Virus record (IMG/VR): IMGVR_UViG_3300020161_000532
Span: 1-31,521 of that record
Reading direction: 5' to 3' (one strand)
Length of the DNA stretch: 31,521 nucleotides
Source of the DNA: a virus
Taxonomy: Duplodnaviria; Caudoviricetes
This document shows, one piece after another, positions 16,806 to 23,488 of the stretch. The first letter of the stretch is position 1. Each line of letters starts with the position of its first letter. The translations under genes were made by a program, and so were the position numbers. The notes beneath the pieces are model-generated. The model was given only the letters and a program-made list of their open reading frames with translations. It made no database searches and was not told the origin of the DNA.

Positions 16806-19071
16806 TTTTTAACTCTTTGATATATTTATAAATCATTTGCAGCGATACACCCAACTGCTCGGAAACCTCCTTTTTATTCAAATCAGGATTGGCCTCGTAT
16901 AACAATTCAAATTTTTCTTTTGTTGTTTTGTTTGCATTTGATTTTATAACCGTTCTAATCTCGGCAACCTCAATCGAGTCGATTTTTACCTTCTTAGCCA
17001 TGGCGATAAAGTAACGAGATAGCTGCTCCGCTTTTAAAATTGAGTCCTTGCTTATCATTTCAAAGTTGTAATTACTTTGGCCAATCGCATTAAAGGCGTG
17101 AAGGAGAAGGGCAAATCGTGGGATGTAACTCTTTTGTTTTGGCAGCATCGATTTCATGTACTCATTTTCGTCGGCTGAGTTTTGAATACCTGTAATCTCG
17201 TTAAAAATACGCTTCCACTCTTCCTTGGCTTCGGGATCAAATCGGGCGATTACAGGCTCTATATTTCCTTCCTCGTCTCTTCTTATCATTCGATGCTTAA
17301 CAGCCTCAAAAAACGCAATTATAGTATCGCTATACCATTGGATTGTATTGCTATCCATTTCTCGGTCGTTGTAGTTCTCAATTGATAACTCAGGGAACGA
17401 TAAAAGCATCCTATCCATAAATCCGTTGTCTTTGTTGTCATCGGTGTAGAACGAATTAAAAATAGTCGGTTGTATGCCTCCGAGTACAGGGATGAGAGGT
17501 TTAGCGACAAATGATCCAGCGCGAGTCATTCGGTTAAGGTTGACCGATTTCCCGCTCCATGTAGAAAGCCAAAACTCTAAATCGCTCCCCGGCTTATATT
17601 TGTTCATGTCCTTAAACCATCCCGCAAGCTCATCTTTAAAAACTCCCACCGATATATCATTTTGTTGGTGTAGGTCAACGAGTGCCTCAATAGTAATATC
17701 GTTAGCGATAAACTGCTTTTTTGTTGGCTTCATGACTTCGGGATATTCCTCTTGCTCCTTCTTAGATAGGTTTGAATAAAACTCGTATTTTTCGTATTCC
17801 TTTATAAAGTTGGCAATTTCTCGGTTGTTTATTTTCTCAATCGGAAAAATAATATTTGTAATGGATGGAGTTTTACCTATCCCAGCCTTACCTACAATCG
17901 CCACCCAAATAGTAGCAATCTCACGCCATCCTTTTTTAACTTCAATTTGCATTGAGTTTCCAATACTAAGCGACACCATCCAAAGTAGCGAGCAACCCAT
18001 ATAATCGATTGAACTATCCAAAGTCTCGGAGCATTCTAAAATATATGATTGTATTGGCTTAGGAAATATCTCAATTGGGAATTGCAAATCGCTTTTATTA
18101 ACGACCATTTTCTCTTTTGGCTCAAGCTCTTTATTAACCATTCGTGATCCGTAACCCTCGGAGTACAATTTACTCGCTGCCGCTTTTAAGTCATCGTTGT
18201 GATATTTTCGAGCATAAGCAGTAAATGGCGTGTAAAGAGTTTCGTGTTTATATTGGCTTCCAGTAGAAAATAAAAACATAAAACCAGTGTCTTTGAAAAT
18301 ATACCCCGAGTGCGGAGAAGTTCCTCCATGGCGTTTGATAACGTATTTTTTTGATAAGTTCCCAACGATTGAGAAGTCATCTCCTACGATTGAAAATATA
18401 TCGTTCCGTTGGTTATAGTCGTCCCAAGGAGTTAAATCCGATTCAATATAAATTTTTTTATCTCTTTTAATTTCCACTGGCACCTCGTCAATGTAATTAT
18501 ACATTTTAGAGAATGACATTAATATTTCGCGGTCATCGTCGGAGATAAAATCAATTTGATGGTAGTTCTTTTTTGAAACCTTATTTTCGGGATAGGTAAA
18601 AATATACCCACCAACTCCTCGCGTTTCAAGTACGGCCTCCGTGTGAGCTTTTAAACGTGCTAATTTAAGATTACCCTCTACTCTTTTGCTCTTGTATAAA
18701 ATATGATACCCCGCGTTTTTGGTTTTGTAGATTACAAACTTGTCATCAAAGTCGAGAATATTGTCTTTTAAGTAACCAGTGTACTCGTTCCAAAAATCGA
18801 CCTGCTCCTTTGCCGTTGAAAATACTTTCAAATCAATATCAACGCATTCGAGATAGTCAAAGCCTGTAACGATTCCAAAATTTGTAGTTGCAGGTATCTC
18901 GGTGCCATCCTTTCGAATAATACCGCCTTGGTAATTATAATGTTTTAAAAATACTTCCCACTGGAGGCGTTCGGTTTGTTGTGCCTTCCATGGGAAATTT
19001 GGTACTTTGTTTTCGCTTACCGTTATAAGCGAGAAGTTATCATAAAATAACTTGAGTTTGTTTTGATCCAT
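16792..19071 (-). CDS. Primase-polymerase / DUF3987 (YfjI-like) helicase with C-terminal HTH
   Basis: Prim-pol motifs (NFGIVTG, VDIDLK, TKNAGYH, ETRGVGGY), P-loop GKAGIGKT, FKDELAGW, GGIQP, GFMDRML and a terminal HTH. Confidence 0.88.
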   Translation of the reverse strand: MDQNKLKLFYDNFSLITVSENKVPNFPWKAQQTERLQWEVFLKHYNYQGGIIRKDGTEIPATTNFGIVTGFDYLECVDIDLKVFSTAKEQVDFWNEYTGYLKDNILDFDDKFVIYKTKNAGYHILYKSKRVEGNLKLARLKAHTEAVLETRGVGGYIFTYPENKVSKKNYHQIDFISDDDREILMSFSKMYNYIDEVPVEIKRDKKIYIESDLTPWDDYNQRNDIFSIVGDDFSIVGNLSKKYVIKRHGGTSPHSGYIFKDTGFMFLFSTGSQYKHETLYTPFTAYARKYHNDDLKAAASKLYSEGYGSRMVNKELEPKEKMVVNKSDLQFPIEIFPKPIQSYILECSETLDSSIDYMGCSLLWMVSLSIGNSMQIEVKKGWREIATIWVAIVGKAGIGKTPSITNIIFPIEKINNREIANFIKEYEKYEFYSNLSKKEQEEYPEVMKPTKKQFIANDITIEALVDLHQQNDISVGVFKDELAGWFKDMNKYKPGSDLEFWLSTWSGKSVNLNRMTRAGSFVAKPLIPVLGGIQPTIFNSFYTDDNKDNGFMDRMLLSFPELSIENYNDREMDSNTIQWYSDTIIAFFEAVKHRMIRRDEEGNIEPVIARFDPEAKEEWKRIFNEITGIQNSADENEYMKSMLPKQKSYIPRFALLLHAFNAIGQSNYNFEMISKDSILKAEQLSRYFIAMAKKVKIDSIEVAEIRTVIKSNANKTTKEKFELLYEANPDLNKKEVSEQLGVSLQMIYKYIKELKNESI

Positions 19072-19322
19072 TATTTTGTTGGTATTTGATTTCGTTGTAA
19101 AATTCGGTAAACATATTGAACTGAAACGTTTTGTTTTTCGGCTATTTCTTTTATTGAGTAATTCCTAAATAATTCTATGTATTCGGAGTCACTAATAAAA
19201 CCTTTTTTAACTACAACACCGTGCTTTTTTAAAACCCTATACACGTACTGGATAGAAACATTTTTAATTTTAGAAATTTCATCTACTGAGTGCTGCTCAA
19301 ATAATTTTAAATATTCATTCAT
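19071..19322 (-). CDS. Tandem helix-turn-helix protein
   Basis: Two internal repeats: DEISKIKNVSIQYVYRVLK and KEIAEKQNVSVQYVYRILQ. Confidence 0.75.
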   Translation of the reverse strand: MNEYLKLFEQHSVDEISKIKNVSIQYVYRVLKKHGVVVKKGFISDSEYIELFRNYSIKEIAEKQNVSVQYVYRILQRNQIPTK

Positions 19323-19333
19323 AATATAAAAAT

Positions 19334-19423
19334 AAAATCCCTTGAGTTTCGTTGTGCAGGCAACTACTCCTCAAAGGATTTTCATTAAAAATTTTCTATA
19401 ATATTGTAGCCTGCATTACAATA
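19334..19423 (-). ncRNA. Structured cis-regulatory leader (kissing hairpins)
   Basis: Hairpin TATTGTA-ATGCAGGC-TACAATA, then a 13-bp stem enclosing GAGTA-GTTG-CCTGCA-CAAC-GAAA. The two loops are complementary. Confidence 0.65.
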
Positions 19424-19428
19424 CTCAG

Positions 19429-19458
19429 CAAATATAGGTTTTATTCTTATATAATCAA
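19429..19458 (-). promoter_or_regulatory. Bacteroidota sigma-A promoter for the replication operon
   Basis: TTG-N19-TATATTTG. Confidence 0.75.
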
Positions 19459-19481
19459 CTTATTTTAAATTATTTTTTTCG

Positions 19482-19720
19482 TTTAAACCATTTTAAAATA
19501 TTTTAAACCAAAAGTTTAAAGCTTTTTCGCGGTTTTATTGGGCTGAGTGCCGATATTTTAAACCATTCAACCAGGTTTAAAATTTTTTTAGTAAAAAAAA
19601 TAAAATAAAAATAAAAAAAATAATTAAACTTATTCAAATTTTAAACTTTAAAGGTTTAAAGTATTGATTTATAAAGCCTTGCGCTTGTTTTTAGTTTAAA
19701 ATATTTTAAAATGGTTTAAA
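19482..19720. other. Putative replication origin
   Basis: Perfect 27-bp inverted repeats (19482-19508 and 19694-19720), about a dozen TTTAAA motifs and an A/T-rich core, between the SSB and primase-helicase genes. Confidence 0.65.
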
Positions 19721-19721
19721 A

Positions 19722-19748
19722 TAAAAAAGGCGATCCGTAGACCGCCTA
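19722..19748 (-). terminator. Intrinsic terminator after the SSB gene
   Basis: AGGCGGTC-TACG-GATCGCCT followed by TTTTT. Confidence 0.85.
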
Positions 19749-19772
19749 ATTCAACTATTTAACAAACCAATT

Positions 19773-20444
19773 TTAAAACTCTAAGTCATCGTGTACCTCT
19801 TCGGTCTCAACCTCATCCACCGCCTCAGCCTTTGCCAAATACGTTTTAAGATACGCCTCAAGTGTATTAAACGCCTCGTTCGCCAGGTCGTTCTCAGCGT
19901 CTCCAATGGAGGCCAAGTAACCAAAGATAGGCGTTGTATATTTAACGCTGCCTTTTTTAGCCTCGTCAAATCCAACTACTGAAACCCACTCGTCCAAAAG
20001 TCGTTGTTTGCCCTTGGAGGTAAAATCTCCCCACGCCTGGCATGCTGCTCCTTTGAGTTGTAGGTTTGCAATCGAGCCATCCTCAAGCATTATATAAATG
20101 CTTTTAACATAGTGACCGCCTGCGGCTTTTGCTTTCTCTTTAATGTCTTTGTAAAGACCTCGAGCGATTTCGTTCCCTTTGAACGGCTTAACTACCATCT
20201 CATCGCGTGAGATGAATTTCACCTCGTTGGCGTAAATGCCGCTCTCGGTTGCGTCGTTCCATCCTTTAATTGTGTGTAGCTCATCGAGAACTAAGAATTT
20301 AAACGGCAGCGGAACTGTCACGTTTACTTTTGTCTCTTTGTCAAAATAAACGAAAGTCTTTTCGTTCGATTTCCACTCAAAAAATTTGCCTGCTGGGTTT
20401 GTTGTTGGCTGCGTAAAAGCAGCGCGTCGGTTTGAAGTAATCAT
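19773..20444 (-). CDS. Probable single-stranded DNA-binding protein
   Basis: Aromatic, beta-rich core with acidic tail ending EVETEEVHDDLEF. Next to the putative origin, with its own promoter and terminator. Confidence 0.6.
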   Translation of the reverse strand: MITSNRRAAFTQPTTNPAGKFFEWKSNEKTFVYFDKETKVNVTVPLPFKFLVLDELHTIKGWNDATESGIYANEVKFISRDEMVVKPFKGNEIARGLYKDIKEKAKAAGGHYVKSIYIMLEDGSIANLQLKGAACQAWGDFTSKGKQRLLDEWVSVVGFDEAKKGSVKYTTPIFGYLASIGDAENDLANEAFNTLEAYLKTYLAKAEAVDEVETEEVHDDLEF

Positions 20445-20462
20445 AATTTTGTTGTTTTTTAT

Positions 20463-20494
20463 GGCACGAAATTAGGATGCTCGAGCCTTGCATC
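20463..20494 (-). promoter_or_regulatory. H-type pseudoknot in the SSB leader
   Basis: Stem GATGC/GCATC. Loop GGCTCGA pairs with downstream TCGTGCC (one U-U mismatch). Confidence 0.5.
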
Positions 20495-20510
20495 GGTTAT
20501 TATGATAAGG

Positions 20511-20541
20511 CTAAATTACTGTTTTAAATTTGATTGACAAA
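20511..20541 (-). promoter_or_regulatory. Bacteroidota sigma-A promoter for SSB
   Basis: TTTG-N19-TAATTTAG (one mismatch to TAnnTTTG). Confidence 0.6.
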
Positions 20542-20642
20542 ATCTTTTTATAGATTTTATTGACTCTCTCGGAATTTACCCCCCTGTTATAGTAAAAATT
20601 CATTACTCTTTTGATCCTGGTTAAAGGTGTGAAATTAGCCAT
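20511..20642 (-). CDS. Small basic hypothetical protein (43 aa)
   Basis: Hand-translated as MANFTPLTRIKRVMNFYYNRGVNSERVNKIYKKILSIKFKTVI. Fills the gap. Confidence 0.5.
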   Translation of the reverse strand: MANFTPLTRIKRVMNFYYNRGVNSERVNKIYKKILSIKFKTVI

Positions 20643-20731
20643 CCGATTGCGATTAAGGTTAGTAAAATTGCAGCTGCCTCAAACGCAGCTCGCGTCACAA
20701 AGATCAACTCTTTTTTGTTGTGTGCTTTCAT
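20621..20731 (-). CDS. Small membrane peptide (36 aa)
   Basis: Hand-translated as MKAHNKKELIFVTRAAFEAAAILLTLIAIGWLISHL. One hydrophobic helix. Confidence 0.5.
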   Translation of the reverse strand: MKAHNKKELIFVTRAAFEAAAILLTLIAIGWLISHL

Positions 20732-21104
20732 GGTCTTGGATTAAATTTATAATTTGTTGCATTAGTATCTCATCGGTCAAAGCGTTGACCTTTTTTAGCA
20801 TCGTAAAGTAAGGCGAGTACTGGTTAATGATTTGGAGTCTTAACTCCTCCAGGTCGGAGCGTCGATATCTTACGTCGGTGTCGTATATCTTAACCATGTA
20901 CAAAACGGTTGCGTGATCGTATGGGCGTTTTTGTCGGATTATCTCGCGTATCTCTACCGATTTGTATCTTAAATCAACTCTTAAAACGTAGCAAAATAAG
21001 GCGCGAGCGTCAACTATTTCGAGAGTCCGCCGTTTCTCAAAGACATTAACTTTCGTGACGTCTTTAATAATTTTAGCGATTTCAGCGGGGCGGTTAGATT
21101 TCAT
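20679..21104 (-). CDS. DnaA C-terminal-like HTH protein
   Basis: Start ATG 21104. KRRTLEIVDARALFCY...DHATVLY resembles DnaA domain IV (R....AR...Y...DHTTV). Confidence 0.7.
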   Translation of the reverse strand: MKSNRPAEIAKIIKDVTKVNVFEKRRTLEIVDARALFCYVLRVDLRYKSVEIREIIRQKRPYDHATVLYMVKIYDTDVRYRRSDLEELRLQIINQYSPYFTMLKKVNALTDEILMQQIINLIQDHESTQQKRVDLCDASCV

Positions 21105-21300
21105 ATAAATCGAGGTATCGGTATGAATTTGTAAACCCTCCCCAATCAACCACTATTGGCAGCTCCAGCGTTCGGCGTTTGTCCTTTGACTCGTTGCCTA
21201 TTTCGATGACTGTCCCCTCTTTATCTCTTGGGTTGTGTCGGTCTTCTAACTGCACGAAAATACTTGTCTCGCGCAGTCTTACTTTTTTTCCTACTTCCAT
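21094..21300 (-). CDS. Hypothetical protein (SH3/KOW-like pattern)
   Basis: VGKKVRL...GTVIEI...VVDW...SY...DL. Confidence 0.6.
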   Translation of the reverse strand: MEVGKKVRLRETSIFVQLEDRHNPRDKEGTVIEIGNESKDKRRTLELPIVVDWGGFTNSYRYLDLYEI

Positions 21301-21302
21301 AA

Positions 21303-21752
21303 TTAAAATTTTAATGTGATTGATGACTTGCGCGGTGTGATTGATACTTGTGGCACCTCGTTACCATAAGCGTCGAAAATTGTTTGGGTTTGTTTGAGGG
21401 CCAATTTCAGCAGCTCCTCGCGCTCTTTGAGGTCGGCCTTAAGGTTTTGATAAATCGGATCGTCCGAGTAGTTTATTGTTTCCCCGCCGTTCACTGGTGT
21501 AAACTCAACTCCGTAGCAAGTCATCTTCTCCTCAGGTAAGTGCTTACGCATCTCCGCGTCGGCTGAATTTACGACCTCTTTAAGTCTGCAAATGTTCGCC
21601 ATAAACATATGCTTATCGACGTTGCCCTCTTCGAGTACGTTATCGACCATGCGCTTACCTGTAAGGATTGCGTCTTTTTTTGTGAACGATGGCTCATACA
21701 TCGTGATTAGTTGCTCGGAATTTTCTAAGAATAATTTTGCTGATGCTCCCAT
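21303..21752 (-). CDS. Hypothetical phage protein
   Basis: 149 aa, well spaced in the early operon. INYSDD...LKEREELLK...DAYGNEVP pattern. Confidence 0.7.
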   Translation of the reverse strand: MGASAKLFLENSEQLITMYEPSFTKKDAILTGKRMVDNVLEEGNVDKHMFMANICRLKEVVNSADAEMRKHLPEEKMTCYGVEFTPVNGGETINYSDDPIYQNLKADLKEREELLKLALKQTQTIFDAYGNEVPQVSITPRKSSITLKF

Positions 21753-21754
21753 GA

Positions 21755-21877
21755 TTAATTAATTTTTGAATATGCGTTAGTCATTTTTTTGTTGTCGTAA
21801 TAGTAAACGGATTTTACGGTTTTGCGCATCCATTTGTCGAATTTTTTAGCCTCTTTTAGGTTGATTTTCTTTTCCAT
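21755..21877 (-). CDS. Small basic hypothetical protein (40 aa)
   Basis: Hand-translated as MEKKINLKEAKKFDKWMRKTVKSVYYYDNKKMTNAYSKIN. Stop is 2 nt before the next ATG. Confidence 0.55.
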   Translation of the reverse strand: MEKKINLKEAKKFDKWMRKTVKSVYYYDNKKMTNAYSKIN

Positions 21878-22008
21878 TTTTCAATTATATTTTCGATTGA
21901 TTGTTTTACCTCGTTTTCTGAGTCTACTGGGATAAGTTTGTGCAGGATCTTTGTCTGCGTACCTTCTTTAAATTTGCTTTTACGGCCTGCGCCTCTTTCG
22001 TTTCTCAT
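21856..22008 (-). CDS. Small DNA-binding protein (GAGRK motif, possibly ribbon-helix-helix)
   Basis: Hand-translated as MRNERGAGRKSKFKEGTQTKILHKLIPVDSENEVKQSIENIIEKWKRKST. ATG abuts the upstream stop. Confidence 0.6.
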   Translation of the reverse strand: MRNERGAGRKSKFKEGTQTKILHKLIPVDSENEVKQSIENIIEKWKRKST

Positions 22009-22233
22009 TTATAATAATTCAATTTCGTGTTTAACATTTTCCCAATAATTAAAAATACTTTGGTTTACTCCTCCTAATACTTTATAATGGCTTTTTATTA
22101 TCTCATCAACTGCAATCAAAGCACATTGTATTGCTCTTTTTTCATCTGCTATTGATATAATTTGAAATTTTTCTCCATTAGGAATAAAAATAAATTTATT
22201 TACTAATTCTATTGCTTTTTCTTTTGGTGTCAT
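22009..22233 (-). CDS. Hypothetical protein (MTPKEKA family), paralogue of 13697-13909
   Basis: Shared protein motifs and a 27-bp identical DNA block. Confidence 0.75.
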   Translation of the reverse strand: MTPKEKAIELVNKFIFIPNGEKFQIISIADEKRAIQCALIAVDEIIKSHYKVLGGVNQSIFNYWENVKHEIELL

Positions 22234-22406
22234 TATTGTCTTGGTCTAAATGGTAGCTCCTCGATTCGCCACACTCGTTTAAATACTGTATCGGATTGGT
22301 TGAACATTAGTAGTGCCTCGTCGATGTTACGCGCTTGGAGTTCGATGTCAAAATCGTGACACTCGTCGTAGTGTTCAAAGTAGTAATAGATTTTATAAGT
22401 TCTCAT
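22233..22406 (-). CDS. Hypothetical protein
   Basis: Likely start ATG 22406 (MRTYKIYYYF). TAATG coupling to the next gene. Confidence 0.6.
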   Translation of the reverse strand: MRTYKIYYYFEHYDECHDFDIELQARNIDEALLMFNQSDTVFKRVWRIEELPFRPRQ

Positions 22407-22608
22407 ACATTCGGGCAAGGCGTAAGCCAATATTAAAGTTTGCAATCATTCGTTTTTTGTTCCAGCTTGATACGTCGAGGCCAAATAAAGTTTCTTGCTC
22501 CTCTAAGCGTCTTTTGTGATCATTAAAGCGGCGGTCGCTTTCTTTGTACGCCTCAAGTATTTTAATAGCGCGCTCGTGTTTTTTGATTTCAAGTTCTAAA
22601 TTTTCCAT
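22393..22608 (-). CDS. Hypothetical helical protein
   Basis: 71 aa, coupled within the early operon. Confidence 0.65.
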   Translation of the reverse strand: MENLELEIKKHERAIKILEAYKESDRRFNDHKRRLEEQETLFGLDVSSWNKKRMIANFNIGLRLARMYENL

Positions 22609-22700
22609 TATGCTCTAAATATTAGTTGACCGATAAAATAGCTGGCCAAGATTAAACAAAAAATGTACTGCGGTTTGCGATGTTGTAAAAAGTATTTCAT
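22608..22700 (-). CDS. Small membrane peptide (30 aa)
   Basis: Hand-translated as MKYFLQHRKPQYIFCLILASYFIGQLIFRA. A-rich leader and TAATG coupling. Confidence 0.55.
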   Translation of the reverse strand: MKYFLQHRKPQYIFCLILASYFIGQLIFRA

Positions 22701-22726
22701 AGTTATTTATTTTTTAGTTATTTATT

Positions 22727-22900
22727 TTATAATTTAATACCTCTTAACATTGTTACTTTAGCTAATTGGCTATCTTCTGTACAGTTGTATTGTTTTTTTA
22801 AATCTGCTAATTGTTTTGAATTTAATTGTCTTTTAATAGTTTTTAAATTCAAGTTATAAATTAAAGCTTGATTTACGTATTGTTGTTTTAAAGTTTCCAT
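22727..22900 (-). CDS. Hypothetical protein, first gene of the early operon
   Basis: Likely start ATG 22900 (METLKQ), after the promoter and an A-rich leader. Confidence 0.65.
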   Translation of the reverse strand: METLKQQYVNQALIYNLNLKTIKRQLNSKQLADLKKQYNCTEDSQLAKVTMLRGIKL

Positions 22901-22934
22901 AGTGTTTGTGTTTTTATTTGTTGTTATCTGAGTA

Positions 22935-22964
22935 CAAATATATAACAAGAAATTAATTAAACAA
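22935..22964 (-). promoter_or_regulatory. Early Bacteroidota sigma-A promoter
   Basis: TTG-N19-TATATTTG. Confidence 0.75.
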
Positions 22965-22997
22965 CAAAAAATTAAACAAAGTTTGTTTTTAGTGCTT

Positions 22998-23016
22998 ATT
23001 TATATCAATTCTAAAT
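22998..23016. promoter_or_regulatory. Fur-box-like palindrome
   Basis: Minus-strand ATTTAGAATTGATATAAAT matches 16/19 to ATTTAGAATTATTCTAAAT, the Fur box I recall for Riemerella (Flavobacteriales). Confidence 0.5.
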
Positions 23017-23478
23017 AAAACGAGAGATAAAAATGCGGCGGTAAATGTAGAGAATCACCGCAATAATAATGATCAACCAAAGCCACCAATAAGATTGCTT
23101 GCGCTCAACGTGTTTCTCGCTTGCTTTGGTGGTTTGTGTGGCAGTCTTTTGAGTTTTGCGTGTATTGTGTAGCGTTGTAGATTTTAACGCCTTAAATCGG
23201 CTTATTTGCGTTCGTTTCTTAATGCGTCCGTTTACGATTGTAGTCTTTTTGCCTTGACTGTCTATAATAACCAGTGGTTTGATGGTATCAATTGGAGTGA
23301 TTTCAAACTCATCCGTGCAAATTGTGGCCTCCGAGTCCTCTTTTGTATCTATTTTAGTCGAGTCAACAACGGTTATCTCGCTTTTTGTGGTCGTTTCGGT
23401 TGTGCTTTTGTTCACTTTACGCGCTCCGCAGCCAACTAATAACAATATAATAAGGATATATTTGATTTTATTTTCCAT
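23011..23478 (-). CDS. Lipoprotein with C-terminal transmembrane helix; candidate unimolecular spanin
   Basis: Signal peptide with lipobox LLVGC, Thr/Lys-rich middle, TM segment WWLWLIIIIAVILYIY. Last gene of the lysis cassette. Confidence 0.65.
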   Translation of the reverse strand: MENKIKYILIILLLVGCGARKVNKSTTETTTKSEITVVDSTKIDTKEDSEATICTDEFEITPIDTIKPLVIIDSQGKKTTIVNGRIKKRTQISRFKALKSTTLHNTRKTQKTATQTTKASEKHVERKQSYWWLWLIIIIAVILYIYRRIFISRFI

Positions 23479-23488
23479 TATAAGTACG

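Noticed and set aside
19482-19720. MITE or protelomerase target
   Set aside because: No target-site duplication, transposase or protelomerase. The arms are 185 bp apart rather than contiguous, and the position beside the primase gene favours an origin.
20463-20494. preQ1 or SAM-II riboswitch
   Set aside because: The topology is similar, but the conserved ligand-binding nucleotides are not evident and the downstream gene is not metabolic.
22996-23018. dif/attP site for Xer-mediated integration
   Set aside because: It lacks the 11-6-11 layout with a TTATGTTAAAT arm and fits a 19-bp Fur-like palindrome better. No integrase is present.
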